Below, in pieces: positions 53,668 to 64,000 of a DNA stretch of 64,000 bases. The notes below the pieces were generated by a model. That model did no database searches, was not told the DNA's origin, and was given only the letters and a program-made list of their open reading frames with translations. The stretch covers positions 5,518,001-5,582,000 of the forward strand of contig CP075492.1 in NCBI GenBank assembly GCA_021613535.1, in the 5' to 3' direction. This stretch comes from Adineta vaga (lineage: Eukaryota; Animalia; Rotifera). Positions within the stretch are counted from its first letter, which is position 1. The number at the start of each line of letters is the position of its first letter. A program made the translations under genes and the position numbers.

Positions 53668-56600
53668 ATGGGTGATAGTGATGATGATTTTGATAGTCGA
53701 CGAAATCGAGATAAATTTCGTCGTGAACGTGATGATTTTGGTGGAAATCGTGGAAATCATAATCGTGGTGGTGGTGGAGAATGGAATGATGGAAGGTAAA
53801 AAACGAAATTTATTTGCTATTCGAATTGTAATCAGAATTTTTTATTCTAGAGATCGACCAAATCAATTTCGACGACAATATCCTGGTGGTGGACCACCAC
53901 CAGGACGTGATTTTCCACCAAGATATAATCGAAGTCCAGCTAGATATGATATGAGTCCACCACAAAATAAACGTCTTCGCCGTGATTGGTAAAAACTACT
54001 CTTGTTTTCTTTAAATAATAAATTCAATGTTTTTTTTCTTTCGTCTTCTAGGGATGGTTCCGATCAACCACCAACTCATTTTGATCTACCTGGGGGTTCA
54101 CCATACTTTCATGGCGGTGGTGGAAGTGGAAATTTTCATCAAAATTTTCCACCAAATGCACCTCCGACTAATGATCAATCAAACAAGTAAAGAAATAATT
54201 TGAATTTTAAATCGATATACGTTCGAATATATTATTGTCTGTAGAGATTCTTCCGATAATACAACACAACCACCATTGCTTAGTTTTAAAAATTTTCTTT
54301 TGGATCAAGATGATAATATTGATCAAGAAGAAGCTGTCAAACGATATACGGTTTATAAAACAGATTTTAAGAAAAATCAAATTGCAGACTTTTTTACAGC
54401 ACATAAAGATGAAGAATGGTTTGTATATTCATTGATCTTCACATATGTTTTCATTTCAACTCTTTGTTCTTCTAGGTTTAAATATAAATATTATCCGGAT
54501 GAATATCCTAAACGTCGTGAAGAACAAAGACAGATAGTTAAAAAACGCTTAGATATCTTCATGGATTTATATAATAAAGGTTATCTCAATGATGTTAGTG
54601 TTGAAAATGACAGTCAACGTACATTAACAAGATTTCTTGATGCTGGTATAAGATGTTTCTTTAAATCTAATGATATATTCTAATTTTTTTCTCGAAAATT
54701 CATAGCTGTTATCAAAATGGAAGGTGGAACTGACCATGACCTTCGAATACTTGATTCAACATCATCATCATCTAGTAATACGGCAGAAGATAACGAAGAT
54801 GATACATCAAAACAATCATCAACTAAGGCAAATAATGAGGATTCAAATTCCAAGAAATCAACTGGAAATAAAGTAATAATACTAGTATTGAGATTAACTA
54901 CCATTCTTCTAAATATTCGTTCGATCTTTTTCAGAGAAAACGTGAAGGTAGTGCATCGGATGATGGCGCAGTATCTGATACTGAAAATGGAACTTCTCAG
55001 AGTAATGAATTTCTTGTTATTTGATTTAAATAATATCATCTAACGTTTTTTTAATAGCTGAATCAAAAGATAATAATGAAGCAAAATCATCCGTATCACA
55101 AGACAATGAACCCGAAGCAGGCGAAGTACCTGATGCACCACGATCTTTACATAAAACATCTTCAATATTTTTCCGACATTTGGCCATGCAAACAACGAAA
55201 GACGATCTTGAAAATGTAAATTATATTGATGTTTACTTTCGAAATTCAAAAAACAAACTTTTTCTTTAGCTCTGTAAACAATATGCTGGCTTTCGTCGCG
55301 TATGCATCACTGATCCAGCACCTGAACGTAAATTCTCTCGACGTGGTTGGGTTACTTTCGATCATAATGTTCAAATCCGTAATATATGTTATGAATTAAA
55401 CTCAACAAAAGTTTGTCTTTCATACTTTTTTTTGTTTTTCAATTTCATTTTTATTCTTTCATTAGTTACATGAAGTTGATATTGGTGCTATAATAAATCG
55501 TGATCTGAAAAATCGTCTTCGCACTGTAAATGGCATTGGACATCACAAAACTATTGCACGCAATGATCTACGATTGATTACAAAAATCATTAAACAATTA
55601 GATGATCGATGGAATATTTGGGAATCGATTGATAATCATACTGATCAAAAAAAGACAACAATAACGCCAACTCCATCCACAACAGATGATTCCGAAATTT
55701 CATCATCAACAATGAATGTATCTCCTACGAAAAATAAAAATCCAATTGGTTTTGTTAGTTATAATCCATTATTGAAAAATATTACTGAATATCTCGTGGA
55801 AGAAGCAGATGCTGAAGAAGAAGAATTACTTGGTGATTCATTAACAAATAATGATAATACACAGAATTCATTTGAAGTTGATAAGGAATTAATAAAAGTA
55901 AGTAAAATTAACATGTGTCAATGATACAAATTCTCTGTTATTGGAATTTTCATTTGACTTATTGTTTTTTTCTGTCCTCGATTCAGGTACTCGATCGTTT
56001 AATTCTATATTTACGTGTTGTTCATTCTGTTGATTATTATAATGGTGCAGAATATGCACAAGAAGATTCGATGCCAAATCGTTGTGGTGTCATACATGTT
56101 CGTGGTGCCCCGTTGACATCAATTACTCAAGCCGAAATAACAAATTTCATGGAACAATTTGAAACACGTATTAAACCATTGCTCGATTTTCATGAGAAAA
56201 TCGATGATGATGAAGCTATTAAGTTAGGTCTTAAAAATGAACAAGATGAAGTTGAAAAATTTATTATTGCAAATTGTCAAGAAGTTGGTAAAGATAAATG
56301 GTCGTGTCCGTTGAGTGGAAAGAAATTTAAAGGTCCTGAATTTGTTCGAAAGCATATTTTGAATAAACATCAAGATAAAATTGATGAAGCGAAAAAAGAC
56401 GTAAGATTTTATTTGTTTTTCTTTTTGTTCACGAAGCATATGAGTCTATTTAGGCTATCTATTTTAATAACTATCTCTATGATCCGAAACGACCACAATT
56501 ACCAGAACATCCATCTAATCGAGCAGGAGCTCCACAAACTGGACCTCATCCTCTGGTTTACCGTTGCCTACACCAATGGCAGCTCAACCATTACTATCTC

Positions 56601-56929
56601 GACCACATATATGGCCTTCATGTAAATTTATAGGTCATTTTCTGAACAAATCTATTCTTTACTTTAATTATTATAGTGTCTGCACCTCAACATCATGGTC
56701 CACCGGGTTATTATCACAACCAGTTTCATCAACCTCGTCTCCGAGACCACCATTTATGTATCCAGGTGGTGGTGGACATCCTGGTGGTCCATTTCCTCGT
56801 CCACCGTAAGTCTATTTTTCTTACTAAATAACTAAACTCTTAGTTATGAATATTAATTGCATTTTTTTTTCTAGTGGTAATCGACAAATACGGAGTTACG
56901 AAGATCTCGATGCACCGAACGAAATCTAA
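53668..56929 (+). CDS. SRRT: Serrate RNA effector / ARS2
   Basis: '[17 protein letters not shown]', 'MSPPQNKR', 'LSFKNFL', 'HKDEEWF..KY', '[17 protein letters not shown]', C2H2 '[25 protein letters not shown]', C-terminal 'YEDLDAP'. Confidence 0.96.
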
Positions 56930-57438
56930 TTTCGACCCGTCAAATATTTTCAAGAAATGAAAATAATTCATTATCTCTCTTGTTGTTGTTGTTGTGGTTG
57001 TTGTTATTGTGGATTTTTTTCTCACTTCGTCAATGATGAATGAATATTCTACGAAATTTATTGTTTTTTTTTGTCTTGTAATCGTATGAAATATATTAAT
57101 GAGACTGAAAACACAATCGAACTTTCTTTGCTCGATGATTTGTGCGTGGTAATTGCTCAAATGTGTAACAGATCTATAAATAAATTTAAAATACAAATGA
57201 TATTGACGGATTTTGCTCACATTTGAGTAGGAAAATTACAAAACATATATAAGTTAAAAAATACATGTAAGATCATACAATCTCGATAAAATAAGAGGTC
57301 ACTACTTTCTCGAAACGAACGAAAAATTCGATCGATGATTTGATTGGCATTCGACATATATCGACGAACGTTTGTTCGTTCGTTCGTTCATTCACGTATT
57401 TCGTAGCAGAACAGTTATTAATAATTCTCTATTTTATT

Positions 57439-60114
57439 ATGGATGAAATGGACGTCACCGATGACGAAGATATGTTATCTGATTCAGGTACCTGGATCTA
57501 CTGTGATGAAGATATTCATTCATTAGGTGAAGTTTTGTATAAAAATGAAACTTTTCGACATGTGAATCTATCCTTGATTTAATTCAATAGATGATGAAAT
57601 CAATGAAAACAATTGGCGATATATTTTTCAAGAAATACTCAATGCTATCCATGAAAATAAATTAAATGATGGTGCTAGACCTCTTACATTCGACGGTACA
57701 TGTAAACTTCGTATTAAAAAATTTGGTGATGTGCCTTTTACATTTCCGTTAGCAAGTGCATCATGTTCTCGATTGATTTGTGAACATGGCAAACCGTTAT
57801 CTCTTGCAAACAAATACGATTTTTGTGGAACTAAAGTAATAAAAATCATTCATTCATTTAAATCTCGAACTATTATATTGATTTTCTAGGTGATGAATAC
57901 AGCTTGGCAGATTGATTCCAGCACTATCGATTTTCCTCTTTCATTTTCAGCAGCAGTGCGATCGAATGTATTTGAACAACTTCATTTGAATACACCAGAT
58001 TTAAGTGAACATTTCGATTTAAATCTACATAAATTATTCATGTTTGGACCATGTACAGAAACAAAAATTTATAATTTTGATGATAAACTTTTCATTTATC
58101 TTGCTACTGTTCTTGTTTTCTTACCATCACATTATACAGGTGGAACTTATCGATTTATTGATGATAACGATGATGATGAAGATCTCCATCGACATTTATT
58201 TAATCAACATGAATCAGATAATAATTCGAAACCATTTATTCTTATTTTACCACCTGATTGTCAACATGAAATTCAATCGATTGAAAAAGGTTTTAAACTT
58301 TTACTTGTCTATCATCTTGTTTCAAATACGAAGTAAAAATGATTTGATTGATCTAGTTGTATTTATATTATTTATATTCGACATTTCAGTTCAATTCAAC
58401 AACTCATTTCTCTTCTATCAAAACCAAGAAATCATTTAATGACCATTGAAAATATCTTTCTTTCCCAACGTCTTCAACGTATATTTACCTATTGGGAAAA
58501 CAATCCTCTGAAGATGCCAACAAAACTTATCATTCCTATTCAACATCCAGTGGATTATTCGCCCTATTTTTCCATGTTATTTCGTGATAAATATCGAACA
58601 ATTATAGAAATTCTTATGACAGCAATGAAACCTTGTTTTTCATTTCTTGTCTATTCAGCAACATTACAACATGATGAACCATTTGGAAAGAGAGCAGATT
58701 CACGATTGCTTATTCATTCACTTGAATTATTGAACACAACCGATCAATTTACATTGGATTTAGATGTTCAGCATGAACGTACAATTATACCAAATGAAAT
58801 TCTTGGTGAATTACATATGTATATTGATTCATTTGAACAAGCTGGTGGTCGTCAACAAGTTGTTCCTACAGGTAAATTAATTCAATCAACATAGACTTCT
58901 TCTTCTTCATTGATTGTTATTAAGGTGAACAAATATTTCGTAATTATTCAAAATTTCAAGTTCTTCTCATCATTCCATACGAATATCAATGGGATCTTTT
59001 ACTTGATGATCATTCATTTGCATGTCATCATTTATCATATATGCTTTCATTACCAACTAGATCACTCAATAATTTATCTTTAAATTTACTTCATTGTATA
59101 CTTAGTGATAAAACTTCATCTCCAATATTATCATTTGATCAACTTATACATTATCTCATTATTCTTCGTACTCGTGTTGGTTTAACACCAAAACTTGTTC
59201 AATTAATTAAACTAATTTTTCAACATAAACAATTTAAAGACGAATTGTTTTCGAATGAAAAACTTTATCAGTGGCTAAATCAGCTAGTTCAGTCATTCGA
59301 AAGTTGGCCAATGTTTTACATGGAATTCTTAGAATTATTTCGAAAAACGATTAGTTCTTCAATGCCAACTAAACTCAATGAAATTATTCAATTTCTATTA
59401 CAATTCTCTAATGAAATCTTACGAAATTTATTTATTAATACTTTACTTCGATCGATATTCAAACGACGAGCATTACCAAGACAAATTTTATTATCAACAT
59501 TATGTTCTCTTTTACATTTACTAATTGTTGATGGTTCATATGCATTTGATTCTCTTCTGAATCTTGCTTATCATATTATTAAACGAATTCGAAAAATATC
59601 AGTAGATGATGAAATTATTGAAAAATATTTCAAAATGCATTTGATACCAATGTTAATCAATATTTATCGTGATGTAAAAAAGAAAGAAAAGAAAATTCAT
59701 TCAATAATACCATTATCACCAGCATTTATTCTCATTTATGAATATTGTTTAAATACACTTAATTATTATTGTTCATCAAATGGATCATTTTCTTCATCAT
59801 CATCATCATTGAATGTGATATCTATGAATGAAGCATTACTCATATGTCCATGTACATCATGTGCTCGTTTACATAGTTTTCTTATTGATTCGAAAATTTC
59901 AACATTAATAGTTGATGTTTCATCGAATCTTGTTCCTGATCATTGTCTTCGTCATACATTGAATAAGTTTCCCATGTTATCCATCGAATATCAACATGAT
60001 CCATATACAGGTCGTGAACAAACACTCATTATTTCGAAATGTGGTTATGAACAAGAACAGAAACAATTGTGTTTTCATCTTCGTCGTTTATTAGTCCAAT
60101 TACATCGATTGTAA
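57439..60114 (+). CDS. 2OG-Fe(II) oxygenase-fold protein resembling a fungal/oomycete/bacterial family, with helical C-terminal half
   Basis: 'KFGDVPFTFPL..NTAWQID..LHKLFMF..LATVLVFLPSHYTGG..DCQHEIQSIEKGFKLLLVYHL'. C-terminal 'CPCTSCARLHSFL..GREQTLIISK'. Short introns. Family assignment is from recalled motifs. Confidence 0.65.
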
Positions 60115-61449
60115 ATTTGAAATGATTGTTTGTTTTGTTTTGTTTTTATGTGAAACTTCTTTTTCTTTTAATATTGAAAACGAACAAGATTGAATGTACA
60201 TAAATCCTATCCAGTTCAATTGAAATAGCTACTTCATAAGGATGTCGATACTGATGTGAGCATATGTGCATCTCTCTTACTTCCACACTCGTATCCTTAT
60301 GATTAGGATTAAATAAAGAGTCTACTGCACCAAATCGAATCTTTCCATTATTTACATTTTATGAAAATCTAAAACAGAACGACAGCATCAGAAGTTGTCG
60401 GTTATTTCAATAATGGTAAAAATATGACATGATTTTCCGCTTGTAAATACGTGGCCAGAATTCAATCCGATAGCACATGCACCAGTTTTGAATAATACTA
60501 TTTTTCATGCTCGGACTAGTATAAAATCACAACTTTTCTAAACTGATTTTTTCTGTTAGTTTTCATAGTAGAATAACTGTTATTTAATTTGAGAATCTGT
60601 ATAACTAAGAGCTATTGTTTCTGCTCCGTTGAATATTTTCAGTGTTGATAAATAATTTTATCTCTTTTAAATACAAATAGACAGAAAACTTATAAGGGGT
60701 GGGTTATATATAGAATGACATGTTGTATCTTTAAAAGCAAACTAATTTTGAAGTTATGACAATGAGTCCATAAAAGACAAAATCTATCCAGATTTACTTA
60801 TATGTGTAGTATATGATCTTCATATGTAAAATTTAGAGTTCGATAGATATCCACATGATCACTTCTACAGAGATTGCAACGTAGATAGAAATGCAATACA
60901 AACTGAAAGAAAACAGAAATAGTGTCTGTAAAATAAATGAGTTTAATGATCTAGTAATAATTCTATTGTGATAAAAATATTAATAAGCATTGATCTATTT
61001 ACATTTGTCAAAATATTAATTTTTGAAAGAAAGTATACTACGCAAGAAATTCTAGTTAGCAAATGGTCTAGTCAATCAACAGATATTGATTCTATAGGAT
61101 TATCTGTAATAAATTTGATTATGTTGTTATGATTTCTCTTGTGTAATATATGTAGATATATATAACTTTCTTTTTTTCTTTCTTCTATATCGATTGTTTT
61201 TACAATCGTCTTCCAACTTCTGTATTCATTCGTATGGTCTTTCAACGCTATCCATATACATATCAACAAAGAAAAGAAGAAGAAGAAGAAGGAGAAGAAG
61301 AATATCAGGCTAATAATTGCTTATGTAGGCGGATAGCGCTACACATTTGTACGATCCATCGCATGCCACGCCATCCATACACATATGTTGATATGCATAT
61401 GTACAATTGTAGATTCTTCTGTCTTTTTCTGCACTCGTACCATATATTA

Positions 61450-61573
61450 CCAAATAAGGAAATACTCGTTCTTCTTTTCCCATATGAGAAAACCACAGAT
61501 ATTACCATATATATCCTTCTTGGATATGCAAGAAACGAAGAGAGAAAAGAGAAAAAGAAGAAGTACTATATAA
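61450..61573 (+). promoter_or_regulatory. CArG box (SRF site) and TATA box upstream of actin
   Basis: Perfect CC(A/T)6GG 'CCAAATAAGG' at 61450-61459. 'TATATAA' at 61567-61573, about 100 bp before the ATG. Confidence 0.65.
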
Positions 61574-61670
61574 CTCTCTGTCTTATCCATTCTAAAATTG
61601 CCTAAGATATCTTGGATATTCACTACAATCTCACATTACTTCTTACTTAAACTAAGCAAAAACTAAAACT

Positions 61671-62979
<1,309 letters not shown>

Positions 62980-63539
62980 ATCTTTAGAATCAATTCAACA
63001 GTATAGACACATACATATGCATTTTTTTCTTTTTCTTTTTGTCTTTTCTGATATCGTACTAATTTCTATGTACTCATCGTCTTCTTCTACAAATAAACCT
63101 TTTTATGCACATGAATCTATCTACTCTAGTGACATTTTCATCTCATATACACATATGTCAATAAAATAACACTTTCTAATCAAAACGGCAAGTAATCAAT
63201 TATCTTCTTTGGAAAGATAAGCTTTTGTCATTTTATAAGATACTTCATCATCGATGCAATCATGTGTCATAAACACTCCTCGGAGGATTACATCAAGATG
63301 AAGTGTTTCGCCTACGATTATATAAGTTTGTTATGTTACAAAAAGAAGAAGAAGAAGAAGAAGAGTTTTAGTTCACCAGTTTCTATATCGAGATTTATTT
63401 TCTTTTTGATATTAAAAATAGATTTTCATCTCGAAAAACATTTCACCTAGGTTTTTTTCACTTCTTGTTTTAAATATAAAAAAAAGAACGATTGCACAAA
63501 AACAAAAGATTTTGGTCTCAATGTTTAAAGAAATCGTAA

Positions 63540-64000
63540 TTAATTTCTTTTTGTTGGTTTATATTGTTGCCAGCAATGTAATAACATGTTTGCCATATAT
63601 AAACTGAATGCATGGATTTGTACCATTATAATAAGAAAAATATACCAAAGTACTAATAATGGAAAGCCAAGAAACGTTTGTGGTTCAACGTCATCTAATT
63701 GATTCTTTGATTTTAGTTTTTTAAATGTAAATAAATCACTAAGATTGAATATAATTGTCGTCATAATTGTCCCTAAACCAAATAAAACTGTTCCACGAAA
63801 GAAAATTTTCATCAAAAATATTTGATTTTTATTCATAGCCATTAGACCACATATAGATGGTATAATTGTAACTAACCACAGATATTGCCATAGATGTGGT
63901 CGTGGAATAGTTAATGTTGTGAGCATTGGCATATGATAAGTTACAATTTGAAATAGAACAAGACATGCGAGTAGAAAATGAAGATAGATAAAAATACGTA
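63540..64000 (-). CDS. JAGN1: Protein jagunal homolog (ER membrane), 5' end outside window
   Basis: 'PRPHLWQYLWLVTIIPSICGL..KNQ', 'FLGFPLLVLWYIF..VQIHAFSLY..LLHCW' and basic C-terminus. Confidence 0.75.
   Translation of the reverse strand, partial: RIFIYLHFLLACLVLFQIVTYHMPMLTTLTIPRPHLWQYLWLVTIIPSICGLMAMNKNQIFLMKIFFRGTVLFGLGTIMTTIIFNLSDLFTFKKLKSKNQLDDVEPQTFLGFPLLVLWYIFLIIMVQIHAFSLYMANMLLHCWQQYKPTKRN

Noticed and set aside
61072-61605. ORFs upstream of actin (up to 123 aa)
   Set aside because: They overlap the actin promoter and GAA microsatellite and lack protein-like features.

Overview
AT-rich, gene-dense eukaryotic genomic DNA with many short (mostly ~45-70 nt) GT-AG introns, so the supplied ORF track shows exon fragments rather than whole genes. 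Intron size, NHL-repeat propellers, an ADP-ribosyltransferase-type relic and several foreign-looking genes point to a bdelloid rotifer (Adineta/Rotaria-like); this is inference, not a database result. About 23 protein-coding genes can be assembled. Conserved genes are NAP1, HAPSTR1/C16orf72, a CYP4 P450, ZCCHC4, a TTLL6-like polyglutamylase, a SPOP-like MATH-BTB protein, CCT5, CHP, GGCX, SRRT/ARS2, actin and JAGN1. Less conserved genes include a MAM-domain surface protein, a TPR-SET protein, a peptide-type GPCR, an FkbM methyltransferase, a 2OG-Fe(II)-oxygenase-like protein and three orphans. The most striking locus is a ~12.9 kb polycystin-1-like receptor/channel gene (REJ-GPS-PLAT-PKD channel). 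Its ectodomain is four NHL beta-propellers plus a Ser/Thr stalk, each on its own symmetric phase-1/phase-1 exon, and it carries two apparent frameshifts. Also notable: a candidate trans-spliced operon (HAPSTR1-CYP4-ZCCHC4, with a 35-bp gap containing an unpaired acceptor) and a patchwork at 6.7-7.2 kb made of a duplicated NAP1 3' end joined to an inverted, decayed MAM-gene fragment. No rRNA, tRNA, CRISPR array or intact transposon was recognised. Gene boundaries were assembled by eye.
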